From positions 1,696,001 to 1,760,000 of the forward strand of contig OZ251518.1 in the NCBI GenBank assembly GCA_965242965.1: a DNA stretch of 64,000 nt, given 5' to 3'. Under the pieces are notes generated by a model that was not told the DNA's origin, ran no database searches, and was given only the letters and a program-made list of their open reading frames with translations. Below are positions 39,046 through 49,411 of the stretch, one piece after another. Positions within the stretch are counted from its first letter, which is position 1. Each line of letters opens with the position of its first letter. Origin of the DNA: Candidatus Poribacteria bacterium (GTDB taxonomy: Bacteria; Poribacteria; WGA-4E; WGA-3G). The position numbers and the translations under genes were made by a program.

Positions 39046-40068
39046 CTAAAGATTCCAATCCAAAACGACCCCGGTGTAAACGTTCGGTTCGTTGAGGAGG
39101 CCGTCATAGGCGTGCTTGATTTGTTCGGGTTTGAGGCGGTGCGAGATGAGCGGTTCGACGTGCAACTGCCCGCGCGCCATCCAGTCGAAAATAGTCTGCT
39201 GCTTGCTCCATTGTGAAGTGCGGTTACCGATATCGGGATACATCGGCACGCACCACTCCAACGCACCGCGGATGGTAATCCATCGCAAGTGAGTGTCGGA
39301 GAGCAGCTCGGTGAGGTTACCGTGGACAGCGACGCGCGGTGAACCGAGGATAATAAGTTGCCCGTGACTGGCGGTGGCGCGGAGTGCTTGCATCACAACG
39401 CCGCTATGCCCGACAGCATCGATGGTAATGTTGCCGAGTTCGCCGTTGGTGAGTTCCTGCAGTTGTGCCTGCGCTTCGTCTGCGGTGCCTCCGACGGTGT
39501 GTTCAATGCCGCACCGTTCCGCGAGCTCGCGCCGCTCCGCGACCGGATCTACGCCGATAACGCGGCATCCGTGTATCTGGAACATCTGCGCGGCGAGGTT
39601 ACCGACAAGCCCCATTCCAAACACAATGACGGTGGCGTTCGTCGGGATTTCGGCGACGATGATGGCAGTCATCGCAACGCCTGCCATGCGCGATGCGGCG
39701 ACAACGTCAGGTTCTACCGCCTGCGTGATGGGCGCGATGAGCCTGTCTTGAGAGTAACGGATAGTCGATGCGTGTCGTCCGTATGTGAAGACGCGCGCGC
39801 CGGGTTGGGTTCGCGTTACGTTCGCGCCGACTTCGCGCACGATGCCGACGTTGGCGTAGCCGGAACGCCACGGATAGGCGCACCACGCACCTTTCTCGAA
39901 AACTTTCGGCTCTCGCCCGGTGTAGTTGGCGAGTTCGGTGCCGCTGCTGATGAAGGTGTATTCAGTGTCAATGAGCACTTCGTTGGCAGAAAGTGCGGGG
40001 ACATCAAGTTCGGCGGTTTGGAGTTCCACCTGATTTTGCCCAGTGACGACGACTTCTCGGATTGTCAT
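39046..40068 (-). CDS. Zinc-binding alcohol dehydrogenase (MDR) family
   Basis: ISSGTE, GYANVG, VFGMGLVG, IDAVG. Confidence 0.88.
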   Translation of the reverse strand: MTIREVVVTGQNQVELQTAELDVPALSANEVLIDTEYTFISSGTELANYTGREPKVFEKGAWCAYPWRSGYANVGIVREVGANVTRTQPGARVFTYGRHASTIRYSQDRLIAPITQAVEPDVVAASRMAGVAMTAIIVAEIPTNATVIVFGMGLVGNLAAQMFQIHGCRVIGVDPVAERRELAERCGIEHTVGGTADEAQAQLQELTNGELGNITIDAVGHSGVVMQALRATASHGQLIILGSPRVAVHGNLTELLSDTHLRWITIRGALEWCVPMYPDIGNRTSQWSKQQTIFDWMARGQLHVEPLISHRLKPEQIKHAYDGLLNEPNVYTGVVLDWNL

Positions 40069-40388
40069 GAGGTATTTCCTTCTCCTAGTTCTTTCTTTTT
40101 AATCTCGCGGATGAGTGCCTGCATCCGTTTATATCTGACAAGGCCGACGAAAAATGTGGCGATGCCGAGTAAAATGAAAATCACGCCGATAGTTTCAACG
40201 ACAGGCGAACTGAAAATTTTGAGATGCACGAAGGATAATCCCGCGACGAACAGCGTCAGCGCGGTTCGGATGTAAGCCAGAAACGTCCGTTCGTTTGCGA
40301 GGATTGTCCGGTCTGCGGCGAGATGATCTCGCAGGATAAGCCGGTCTTCCAGTCCATGGTATGGGGCTGGTTTTTCTTGCATAGGCAT
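40065..40388 (-). CDS. DUF202 membrane protein
   Basis: LRDHLAADRTILANERTFLAYIRT. Confidence 0.9.
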   Translation of the reverse strand: MPMQEKPAPYHGLEDRLILRDHLAADRTILANERTFLAYIRTALTLFVAGLSFVHLKIFSSPVVETIGVIFILLGIATFFVGLVRYKRMQALIREIKKKELGEGNTS

Positions 40389-40428
40389 GCTTTTTCCTTT
40401 CTGAAAGTGATCGATAATGAATTATTAT

Positions 40429-41224
40429 GACGGTGTTTCATAACTCGCTCAACGTCGCGGGGACAGGCCCCGCGCTCCGGTGAAAAAACGCGGCCCTTTC
40501 ACGTAGGGCGAGGGCCCTCGGATGCCACACGCGCATCCGAGCGGGTTTCCCACGCCATGCGTTTGGCTGGCAGACTTCCTCACCCCTGTAGGTCAGGATC
40601 GCCTGATCCTGACTCGTTCGGGATCAGGCGATCCCGAACTACAGAATAGGTGGCGCGCGAAGAAAAACGCCTCCCTTTACCGTAGGGCGAGGGCCTGTCC
40701 CTCGCCAGCGTCCGCGCACTCCAACGATCGCGGGGGACAGGCCCCCGCGCTACGGTGAAAAAAACGTCTCTTCAGGTCCGTAGGACCTGAATGTCTATAG
40801 CACGTAGGGCCTGCGAAGAGATTTAAGGTCCTTTAGGTCCTTAATATCCTTTGACGCGCCGCATGTTTTCCTATTAAGGTCCTACGGACCTTGACATGGG
40901 CGGATACCTTTTTCTATAGACATGTAGGTCCTAAAGGACCTAAGACGATGCATCCGAAAAAAACGCCTTCCTTTCATCGTAGGGCGAGGGCCTGTCCCTC
41001 GTCATCGCTCGCGCGCCAGGCTCTGTAGGGCAGGATCGTCTGAAGCTCTGGCATCTTGGTTTCCAAGCGATCCTGACCTGTTTGTGATCAGGCGATCACA
41101 AACTACAGAAGCGGAAACACACATCGTGACGATAGAGCTCGCGGGGGACAGGCCCCCGCGCTACGGGAACATCGAGACCAGAGGTCTCTCCTACCGGGAA
41201 GAAATCGAAATATGAAACCCCTTC
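40429..41224. mobile_element. MITE-like element copy 4 (largest copy with a target duplication)
   Basis: GACGGTGTTTCATAA...TATGAAACCCCTTC; exact 9-bp duplication AATTATTAT (40420-40428, 41225-41233). Confidence 0.85.
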
Positions 41225-41413
41225 AATTATTATAGCATATTTTGGGGTTTAATTGCCGAAAAAAAACGCGGGAGCAGAGATATTCCGGCCGGTTTTCACG
41301 TTTTCTTGACATCAATTGGTTTTTTGTGTTAAACTATCCTGCATAGTTTCATATCGGCAGGAAGTTTGTTCCTACCGATGATACCAGAGAAAAACAATGG
41401 AGTAAACACTTTG

Positions 41414-42010
41414 ATGAATATCAAGCAACAACTTGATGCCAAAATCGCAGATTACAATTTACTGAACCACCCGTTCTATGAAGCGTGGAGTGCCGGCGAA
41501 TTGCCAGTCGCATCGCTGCAGCACTACGCGCGTGAATACGGTGCTTTCATCGCCACCCTGCCGAAGGGATGGGAAACACTCAACGATGCCGAAACCGCCG
41601 AGGAGGAGACAGAACACATCGATATGTGGGCTGACTTCGCCGATGGCCTGGACACCGCTGTCTCCGAGGCACAGATTCCGCAGGTGAAAGCGTTGCTGCA
41701 GACAGCGGACGCACTCTTCGCTGAGCCGGCTACGGCATTGGGTGCGCTCTACGCGTTTGAAGCGCAGCAACCTGCCACTGCGCAGTCCAAACTTGCCGGG
41801 TTGAAGGAGTTCTATCGGCTTCCCGAAAAGGTGGAGCCGTATTTTGAGACGCATTCGCATAACGAGCACGAAGCGGAGAAACTGCTGGACCAGATCGGCG
41901 CGTTACCGGCGGACGCTCAGGCATCCGTGGTGCAGGCGTGCGAGCAGATGAGCGGTGCTTTGTGGAACGCGCTCACCGGAATTCACGATGCAGCAGACCA
42001 CGGCGCATGA
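41414..42010 (+). CDS. TenA/PqqC/CADD-like heme-oxygenase-fold diiron protein
   Basis: LLNHPFYEAWSAGEL, EEETEH, GALYAFEAQ, YFETH. Confidence 0.8.
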   Translation: MNIKQQLDAKIADYNLLNHPFYEAWSAGELPVASLQHYAREYGAFIATLPKGWETLNDAETAEEETEHIDMWADFADGLDTAVSEAQIPQVKALLQTADALFAEPATALGALYAFEAQQPATAQSKLAGLKEFYRLPEKVEPYFETHSHNEHEAEKLLDQIGALPADAQASVVQACEQMSGALWNALTGIHDAADHGA

Positions 42011-42383
42011 TGCGGTGACAGCCTATTTTGGCGCGCTCGTCGCGAGAGATGCTGAAACCCTCATCGCGCTGATGCATCCCGTTTCGCACTACGTGAAAAT
42101 CGGCACGGATGCCGATGAGATTCTCACGGGCGGCGCGGAGATCGCGGCGTATTACGAAAACCACGTCGCCAGCACCGAGGATTTCAGCATCACCTTTCTC
42201 AGCCTAGATGTGCAGGCACGGGCCGAGGTGGCGTGGTTTTATGCGCGACAAATCTGGCGGCTTCGGTGGCAAGGAAACCCGATGGAAGAGTTTGTCATGC
42301 GGATGACAGGTGTTTTGGAAAGGGTTGATACGGCGTGGAAGTTTGTCCAAATCCATGCTTCAATCGGCGTGCCGACGACGTAA
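41988..42383 (+). CDS. SnoaL/NTF2-like protein
   Basis: KIGTDADE, RMTGVLER..WKFVQIHAS. Confidence 0.85.
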   Translation: MQQTTAHDAVTAYFGALVARDAETLIALMHPVSHYVKIGTDADEILTGGAEIAAYYENHVASTEDFSITFLSLDVQARAEVAWFYARQIWRLRWQGNPMEEFVMRMTGVLERVDTAWKFVQIHASIGVPTT

Positions 42384-42396
42384 GTGGAGAAGCACC

Positions 42397-43089
42397 GTGA
42401 AAATTTCAGCTGTCTCTTTTGACGCTGACATGACGTTGTGGGACTTCCAGAAAGTCATGCGGCATTCCCTAAAACAGACATTGATAGAACTCCGCCGACA
42501 TGTCCAGACACAACATGCCCGCGCTTTAACCGTTGAAGCGATGATAGGCATTCGTGAACGCGTCGCCGACGAAGTGAAGGGTGAAATCTGGAACCTGGAG
42601 CACATCAGACGACTCGCATTTGAGCGGACGCTTGAACATGTCGGGCACCCGGACAAAGCACTCGCCGCGCATCTCAACGCGATATATCTGAAGCACCGTT
42701 TTGAGGATATTATCTTGTATCCGGATGTTTTGCCAACACTTGATGCTTTGGCACCGCATGTCGCGCTAGGCATACTGTCGAACGGAAACACTTATCCGGA
42801 ACGCTGCGGACTTGAACGACGTTTTGAATTCGTCGTCTTTGCCCAAGATGTAGGCGTTGAGAAGCCCGACCGGCGTATCTTTGAAATTACTGCCCGGAAG
42901 GCAGGATATCCATTAACGGCGTTATTACACGTCGGAGATTCACTAGAAAGTGATGTGGCAGGTGCACGGGCAGCGGGCGCGTATGCTATCTGGCTGAATC
43001 GCGAAGGAATGCCGAACAACACCGATATCCGTGCGGATTATGAAATCGCTTCGTTGGACGAAATTCCAGCAATTTTGGGCGTATTGTAG
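42397..43089 (+). CDS. HAD-superfamily hydrolase
   Basis: FDADMTL, LSNG, KPD, HVGDSLESDV. Confidence 0.92.
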   Translation: MKISAVSFDADMTLWDFQKVMRHSLKQTLIELRRHVQTQHARALTVEAMIGIRERVADEVKGEIWNLEHIRRLAFERTLEHVGHPDKALAAHLNAIYLKHRFEDIILYPDVLPTLDALAPHVALGILSNGNTYPERCGLERRFEFVVFAQDVGVEKPDRRIFEITARKAGYPLTALLHVGDSLESDVAGARAAGAYAIWLNREGMPNNTDIRADYEIASLDEIPAILGVL

Positions 43090-43213
43090 GGGTGGAGGTG
43101 GCAATTCGCCCTTACAGTTCATCCAAGAATTGGAGTCTTCTTGGAAAACAGAAGCAAAAAAGTTGATATTTGAAGGTTCACTATGCTATAATAGTGTCTG
43201 TGGAGAATTAATC

Positions 43214-43727
43214 GAGGGTGTTTCATAACTCCGTGTCGGAGAGCTCTCCCGGTCTCGATGCAAGCGGTATCCCTTTCATCGTAGGGCGAGGGCCTGTCCC
43301 TCGCCATCGTTCATGCACGTGCACCCCAACGCTCGCGGTGGCCTGTCCCCCGCGATGGCTCAAGAACCGTTTTTTTTATCGTAGCGCGGGGGCCCTCGGA
43401 TGCCATACGCGCATCCGAGCGGGTTTCCCCCGCGTTGTCCATCGTCACGATGTGTGCTTCCCCTCTGTAGTTTGTGATCGCCTGATCACAAACAGGTCAG
43501 ATCAGGCGATCCTGACCTACAGGGGAGGATGCGATCTGACAGTAAGACGCATGGCGAGGGACAGGCCCTCGCCCTACGGTGCAAGCGGCAATCAAGCATG
43601 ACGAGGGAAACCCTCTCGGATGCGCGTGTGGCATGCGAGGGCCCAAGCCCTACGTGAAGGGAAGGCGTTTTTTCACCGTAGCGCGGGGCCTGTCCCCGCG
43701 ACGTTGAACGAATTATGAAACACTCTC
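43214..43727. mobile_element. MITE-like element copy 5 (opposite orientation)
   Basis: GAGGGTGTTTCATAA...TTATGAAACACTCTC; flanks AATTAATC / AATTAAGC. Confidence 0.85.
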
Positions 43728-43771
43728 AATTAAGCCCAAACACGCCCAGGAGAAATGAGGTATCTCAATTA

Positions 43772-44206
43772 ATGACTACTAAAAAGAAAAATTCTGTTGA
43801 AACTGCGGTTCTCGCAGATAGCGCGACGCAGCCGGTGCGCGAGTATCCGGAAGAGGCATATTGCTTTAGTGCAGAGGAATTGGAGCAGTCCCCGGATTCG
43901 GAGCAGGTTAAAGCACCCTCTCCTGCCAAACGGACTCGGACGGAGGAACCGCGCATCCGTGTCAGGAAGCCGGATTACACGCTGGCAGACCTTTTGGCGC
44001 AGTTACCTAAGTCGGAAACACCCGAGTCAAACGCGGGTGCTAAGGGTTGCGCGACGCAGCCGGTGCGCGAGTATCCGGAAGAGGCGTATGACTTTGAGTT
44101 TGAGGACCCGGGCTATACGCTGGAAGACCTCTTGGCGCAAGTCACAGAAGATAATCGGCACGAAGTGGTTGACTTCGGGCCGCCGGTGGGCAAAGAGGTA
44201 TGGTAA
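43772..44206 (+). CDS. Atypical MazE-like antitoxin with internal duplication
   Basis: C-terminus YTLEDLLAQVTEDNRHEVVDFGPPVGKEVW; overlaps the toxin start. Confidence 0.7.
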   Translation: MTTKKKNSVETAVLADSATQPVREYPEEAYCFSAEELEQSPDSEQVKAPSPAKRTRTEEPRIRVRKPDYTLADLLAQLPKSETPESNAGAKGCATQPVREYPEEAYDFEFEDPGYTLEDLLAQVTEDNRHEVVDFGPPVGKEVW

Positions 44207-44559
44207 GAACAACCGATTACTTCCCGTGGCGCGGCGATGTAGTGTGGGTCGACTTGGAACCACACAGAGGCTCGGAACAAGCCGGCCATCGTCCCGCTGT
44301 TGTAGTCTCGCGAAGCGAATATAACCGAGATATGGATTTAGCGGTCATCTGTCCAATTACGTCGCGAGGGAAAGGCTATCCGTTTGAGGTGCCTATTCCT
44401 CGCGGTTTAGCAGTGAGGGGCGTTGTCCTCGCCGATCAGGTGCGATGCGTCGCTTGGAAAGAGCGAGATGCAGCGTTTGTCTGTCAGATGCCGCCTGATA
44501 CGTTGAAAGAGGTTTTGCAAAAAATTAGGCAGCTCTTGAGAATTCCGCTGGCACCTTAG
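44200..44559 (+). CDS. mazF: MazF/PemK endoribonuclease toxin
   Basis: RGDVVWVDLEP..GSEQAGHRPAVVVS, CPITS..KGYPFEV, LADQVR. Confidence 0.93.
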   Translation: MVRTTDYFPWRGDVVWVDLEPHRGSEQAGHRPAVVVSRSEYNRDMDLAVICPITSRGKGYPFEVPIPRGLAVRGVVLADQVRCVAWKERDAAFVCQMPPDTLKEVLQKIRQLLRIPLAP

Positions 44560-44572
44560 CACGTGGCGTAGC

Positions 44573-45478
44573 ATGAACAGCACTCCAAACCAGCATATCC
44601 ACAATATCACGCGGCTGAAGGAAACACGCATCGCGCTGATTGACAGCGATGAGCCAGGGGCATTCCAGAAACTCCTCCGAAACTATTGGCACTGGCACTT
44701 CAACGATGCACTCCGCGATGCGGCACGGTTGCTGTTAACTACCGAACTTGGCTGGGAGCAGATACCGCAAACCTTGATACCACCGGTTGGCGAACTCGTC
44801 TCGCCGTTGGGATACGCGCTGGCGCATTCGGATAAACAGGTTCGCGATGCCGCACTGCAGGTGCTGGATGCAACCGTTTGTATACCCGCAGGCACTGCGC
44901 TTATCGGCGAGGACTGCGCGCCGTTGGAAGTTGACGCTTATGAGATGAGCGTCTATCCTGTCACGAACGCGCAATATCAACGGTTTGTGGTGGACACCGG
45001 ACGCGAACCACCACAGGATTGGATAGATGGAAACTACCCTCAAAATCGGGGAGACCACCCTGTCGTCTGGGTTACCTGCGAAGATGCCGAAGCGTATGCG
45101 GACTACATCGGCGGCAGATTACCAACGTTTCCCGAATGGCAATACGCCGCACGCGGTGCCGACGATAGGCTTTTCCCGTGGGGATATAACATTGACACAC
45201 CGCGATGCAATACCGCTGAACTCGGTGCAGATGGCACTACCCCAGTCGGCACTTTTCGCGGCGGCGCGAGCCCTTTCGGTTGTTACGATATGGTGGGCAA
45301 TGTTTGGGAGTGGACCGGCACGTCTTATGACGATGCGGGCAATTTCCAGGTCGCGTGCGGCGGCGCGTGGTATTACAATCATGACTACAGTACCTGCACG
45401 AGTTACGATTTTTTTAGCAACGGGTATGCCGAATTCATCATCGGATGCCGAGTCGCGTGTGATATAGAGGGGCAGTGA
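44573..45478 (+). CDS. FGE-sulfatase (SUMF1-like) domain protein
   Basis: YPVTNAQY, HPVVWV, RLPTFPEW, YDMVGNVWEW. Confidence 0.9.
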   Translation: MNSTPNQHIHNITRLKETRIALIDSDEPGAFQKLLRNYWHWHFNDALRDAARLLLTTELGWEQIPQTLIPPVGELVSPLGYALAHSDKQVRDAALQVLDATVCIPAGTALIGEDCAPLEVDAYEMSVYPVTNAQYQRFVVDTGREPPQDWIDGNYPQNRGDHPVVWVTCEDAEAYADYIGGRLPTFPEWQYAARGADDRLFPWGYNIDTPRCNTAELGADGTTPVGTFRGGASPFGCYDMVGNVWEWTGTSYDDAGNFQVACGGAWYYNHDYSTCTSYDFFSNGYAEFIIGCRVACDIEGQ

Positions 45479-45483
45479 TATAG

Positions 45484-46023
45484 ATGGGCAGTGATATGGA
45501 TAAGCCAGATGAGAACCGCGCCTTAACGCCAAGCGATACGTCAGCGGCTTCCGAGAGCCAGGGACAGGCAACCCACGTTCAGCGCGGGCGCGTTGACATT
45601 CACACTTACCAAACTGTCGCGAAGCACTTAGAGCAAGGTGCAACGGCGTTAAAAGCGCGGCAATATCCGCAGGCGATTGCGGCATTTGAGACAGTGTTGC
45701 AACACAACGGCGAATCCGCAGAGGCGCATTTCCATATCGGCTTGGCGCGTTTTATGCTCGGTGATTATGAGCAGGCACTTGAGGCGTATAAAAAGGCGAT
45801 TGCGTGTGAACCGAAGGAAGCGGCGGCGCATCTCAATCTCGCTGCTACCTATCGCTTGCTGAAACGCTACGATGAAGCGGTTGAGGTGTATCAGCGCGCT
45901 ATCCATTTTATTCCGAATCATGCCGAGTTGCATTCGGAGCTCGGTGCCGTTTACACGTTCCAAGGCAAGCGTCGCGAGGCGGTGGCCGCGTATAAAACTG
46001 CCTTGCGGCTCAAACTCAAATAG
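45484..46023 (+). CDS. TPR repeat protein
   Basis: AEAHFHIG, AAHLNLA, AVEVYQRAI. Confidence 0.88.
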   Translation: MGSDMDKPDENRALTPSDTSAASESQGQATHVQRGRVDIHTYQTVAKHLEQGATALKARQYPQAIAAFETVLQHNGESAEAHFHIGLARFMLGDYEQALEAYKKAIACEPKEAAAHLNLAATYRLLKRYDEAVEVYQRAIHFIPNHAELHSELGAVYTFQGKRREAVAAYKTALRLKLK

Positions 46024-46084
46024 GATAGATGCAAAATCGACTGCGGGAAGAGTTTGCATTGCGTCCATCCGGCGAGATACAAAA

Positions 46085-46681
46085 ATGTTTGTTTCAGACG
46101 AAGATTTGATCATGCAAAGCGGGAAGGGGGATATGAGCGCGTTTGAATTGCTGGTGCGGCGGCATCAAGCACAACTGATTAACTATATTCATCGGCTCAT
46201 TAACGACTACCACCGTGCGGAAGACCTGGCGCAGGAGACGTTCCTCCGCATCTTCCAAAACGCGAGCCGCTATCAGCCGACGGCTTCCTTCAAAAGTTGG
46301 ATGTATACCATCGCTACCAACTTGTCCCGGAACGAGATACGGAATCGGGCGCGGCGGAATACCTACTTCTTTGAAGATTTGGTGGAAGAGGGCGCGGATA
46401 TCCACGAGACAAGCATGATGCAGGATACGCGCTATCAGCCAGACGTGCTGGCGGAGAAAGAGGAACGGCGACACCTGGTCAGAAAAGCACTCGCCGAATT
46501 GCCGGAGAATCAACGTTTGGCGTTAACGCTCGTCACTTACCAAGAATTGCGCTATGAAGAGGTGGCAGAAATACTGGGTATCTCCGATGGCGCAGTGAAA
46601 GCGTTAATTCACCGCGCGCGACAGCGCATGAAAAAGCTGCTCATCAAGGCAGGATTGGGAGAAGACGTTGATGAAAAATAA
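46085..46681 (+). CDS. ECF sigma-70 factor
   Basis: AEDLAQETF, FKSWMYTIATN, YEEVAEILG..VKALIHRAR. Confidence 0.93.
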   Translation: MFVSDEDLIMQSGKGDMSAFELLVRRHQAQLINYIHRLINDYHRAEDLAQETFLRIFQNASRYQPTASFKSWMYTIATNLSRNEIRNRARRNTYFFEDLVEEGADIHETSMMQDTRYQPDVLAEKEERRHLVRKALAELPENQRLALTLVTYQELRYEEVAEILGISDGAVKALIHRARQRMKKLLIKAGLGEDVDEK

Positions 46682-47297
46682 GAGAAAGCCGCCATATTAT
46701 GAACTGCTTCCCGGCGAGAGCGGGGTTCCGCTGGACGAGCGGGGATGGGAACTCCCGCCGACGAAGCACTGCGCCGAACTTCACACGCACTTTTCAGCCT
46801 ACATTGACAAGGAGCTGCCGGCGTGGAAACGGCTACTCGTCCGGCAGCACCTGAAACGGTGTCCGAATTGTGCGTTTCACGTGCGGCGGTTGGAGCAAAC
46901 CGATAAGTTCCTCCGTGCAGAGGAGGCTCTCCCATCATCCGATGATTTCGTGGTGAGGGTAATGGCGCGTGCATCGGAAATGCAGCAACATCAACAGGAG
47001 CAGCGTTCGCCATTGTTTGCCATCGGGAAGCGTCTCACGCGGCGCGTTGAGGCTTTACTCGGAGGGGTGAGAAAGAACATCCCGGCGCACAGTCCGCCTG
47101 GGCTGGCGGGTGCATTCGCGCTCTGCTTTACCATTTTCACGATGGTAGGTGTCACGCTTTACGCGCCGTCCGGCGATAGGTTTGCCGGGCCCGAACAAGC
47201 GGAATTGGATACCACAGAAAAACTCATCTCTTTTGAGGTAATTCGGGATGAACAACCGAAACGTTCGTTGGCTGAAGAACGGCCCTTGTCTCCGTAA
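46671..47297 (+). CDS. Zinc-finger (zf-HC2) anti-sigma factor
   Basis: FSAYIDKEL, HLKRCPNC, TM helix; follows the sigma gene. Confidence 0.88.
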   Translation: MKNKRKPPYYELLPGESGVPLDERGWELPPTKHCAELHTHFSAYIDKELPAWKRLLVRQHLKRCPNCAFHVRRLEQTDKFLRAEEALPSSDDFVVRVMARASEMQQHQQEQRSPLFAIGKRLTRRVEALLGGVRKNIPAHSPPGLAGAFALCFTIFTMVGVTLYAPSGDRFAGPEQAELDTTEKLISFEVIRDEQPKRSLAEERPLSP

Positions 47298-47299
47298 GG

Positions 47300-47625
47300 C
47301 GGTGAAAAAACGTCACCCTTCACCGTAGGACTTGGGCCCTCGCATGCCACACGCGCATGCGAGCGGGTTCCCCTCGCCATGCAGCGATCGCGGGGGACAG
47401 GCCCCCGCGCTACGATAAAAACGCCACCCCTCACCGTAGGGCGAGGGCCTGTCCCTCGCCATGCTGCGGTCTACCGAACCATGTTTCGGATTATCCAACG
47501 ATCGCGGGGGACAGGCCCCCGCGCTACGGTAAACAACGGCCTTCTTCCTCGCGGGGGACAGGCCCCCGCGCTACGGTAAACAACGGCCTTCTTCTTCGGA
47601 TCGCGAGGGCCTGTCCCTCGCGAAT
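47300..47625. repeat. GTAG hairpin array
   Basis: Includes a 50-bp tandem duplication CGCGGGGGACAGGCCCCCGCGCTACGGTAAACAACGGCCTTCTTC. Confidence 0.88.
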
Positions 47626-47641
47626 GTGTTGAAAAAAAACA

Positions 47642-49411
47642 ATGAAATCTGCAACGCGTCGCGCCTTGTTCAGCTCACTACTCCTTCATTTATTCCTTTT
47701 GGTAACAGCGTTCTACATCGCGGTGCAAAATGAGCCGCTGTCGCCGGTAGAAGGAAGCATTGCAGCCGAGTTGATACCAATGAACAAACCACTTCAACCG
47801 AAAGCACCGCTGAAAAAACACGTGCCCACTTTTCGCGAGCCGCTACGAGACACAGTGCCAGTCTCTGCCGCGAAAGTAGAATCCATTGCGCCGGCTGTCG
47901 GATTTCAACCGAATCTTGTTCCAACACGTCCTGTCGATACGACGCAGCCGCTTCTGAATCAAGTGCTTGTCTCACCGGAGGTAACACCGGATGTCAGCAC
48001 TGCTTCTCGTGCCTTACGAAGCGTTGCGCGCGAACTGCCGACGACTGAACCAACTGGCGTAACAGGGAGCAGCAGTTACGGGACAAAACGGAGCGGCGTG
48101 TTGCGCGTGCCGAAAGGTGGCTCCACGATGCTGAACGTCACAGCGACGACAGGCGATGGAGAATTCTTCGACTCCCCAGATAAACCGAAGGATCCGCCGG
48201 TTGTCAATCAGACGCAATTTCGGGAGGTGATGAAAGGGCTCGCGCAAGAAATCGTGGAGGCGAGCGGCGGCAGACCGGTTGATGTCGTTTTTGTCATCGA
48301 TGCAAGCGGTAGCATGGGCGATAATATCAAGGCTGTTGCGGAACATCTCATCACGATGATAGATGTTTACAACGCCGCCAACGTTGATTACGCGCTCGGT
48401 TTGACGCAATTCTGGATGAACCAAGACAGGGAGCGAAACATCATCAAAGTGTCTCAGTTGACGAGGAGTCTGGCAGACTACAAACGCACCATCCGCGGGA
48501 TAATCCCGCAACAAGATGAAAACGCGCTGGATGCCGTTGTGCAAACGGCGAAGGAACTCCGATTTCGGGCCACCTCCAAAAGGCATTTTATTCTCGTCAC
48601 CGACGAAACGTTCACGAGTTTAGAAAAATGGACGGTAGACGATGCCATCGCATACTGCCGTGAGTTCGGCATCGCTGTGAATGTGCTTGGCCTCCGCGAC
48701 GACGAACATCAGCAGTTGGCGGCGGAGACAGGTGGCAAGTGGCACCTCATTCCGCAAGACGCGCCGAAGCCGAAGCCGAAGGGCGTGCCCAAGCCGGCCG
48801 CGCCCGGATTCATTCGTTCCAAAACGCAGACGCTGCGCAACGCGCAATGGGCAAACGTTGGGAAAATCAGCGGTGCGTTGACAAAGCACGCCGCCGAACT
48901 TGGTGGGCAAACACCACTTGACGTTATCCTTTTTATTGACGGTAGCAAGAGCATGGAGGACAAGCTGCCACACTTTTTGGGGCAGCTTGAGCACCTCGTT
49001 CGAGAGTGGGATAACGCGCTGATTGACTACCAACTCGGCGTGGTGCGATTCCGGACGCGCGCCTCGGTGAATATGGTGAACGTTTTCAATCCACCGCAAA
49101 CGCTGGAGCAGGTGCGGAAGATCGCCGAATTGCCGTGCCAAGAGAATGAGATGTTACTCGATGCAGTAGCAGAAGGATTGCGCAGGCTGAAGCACCGGCC
49201 GGACGCGCAGTTGCATCTCATCTTGGTTACCGATGAACCTGCCAAGGGCAAATACTCGGCGGCAGCGACGATGCAACTCTTGCAGCAAAGACATGCGCGC
49301 GTCAGCGTTATCGGCACTTTTGACGATTTCCAACAGCAGGTAGCCGCGAAAACGGGCGGCGTGTGGGTGCCGATGCCGGAAGCGCATACGAAGAATAATG
49401 CGTATTGGTAG
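47642..49411 (+). CDS. Membrane-anchored protein with two vWA domains
   Basis: SLLLH TM anchor, VFVIDASGSM, LFIDGSKSM, LVTDE x2. Confidence 0.88.
   Translation: MKSATRRALFSSLLLHLFLLVTAFYIAVQNEPLSPVEGSIAAELIPMNKPLQPKAPLKKHVPTFREPLRDTVPVSAAKVESIAPAVGFQPNLVPTRPVDTTQPLLNQVLVSPEVTPDVSTASRALRSVARELPTTEPTGVTGSSSYGTKRSGVLRVPKGGSTMLNVTATTGDGEFFDSPDKPKDPPVVNQTQFREVMKGLAQEIVEASGGRPVDVVFVIDASGSMGDNIKAVAEHLITMIDVYNAANVDYALGLTQFWMNQDRERNIIKVSQLTRSLADYKRTIRGIIPQQDENALDAVVQTAKELRFRATSKRHFILVTDETFTSLEKWTVDDAIAYCREFGIAVNVLGLRDDEHQQLAAETGGKWHLIPQDAPKPKPKGVPKPAAPGFIRSKTQTLRNAQWANVGKISGALTKHAAELGGQTPLDVILFIDGSKSMEDKLPHFLGQLEHLVREWDNALIDYQLGVVRFRTRASVNMVNVFNPPQTLEQVRKIAELPCQENEMLLDAVAEGLRRLKHRPDAQLHLILVTDEPAKGKYSAAATMQLLQQRHARVSVIGTFDDFQQQVAAKTGGVWVPMPEAHTKNNAYW

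Noticed and set aside
39358-40275. 305-aa plus-strand ORF and similar long antisense ORFs (23096-24031, 55851-56807)
   Set aside because: They overlap well-supported genes on the opposite strand and have no motifs.
45350-45478. DGR variable region in the FGE-sulfatase C-terminus (run of NNY codons, Tyr/Asn-rich)
   Set aside because: No template repeat or reverse transcriptase in the window. A genome-wide search for an adenine-variant copy would be needed.
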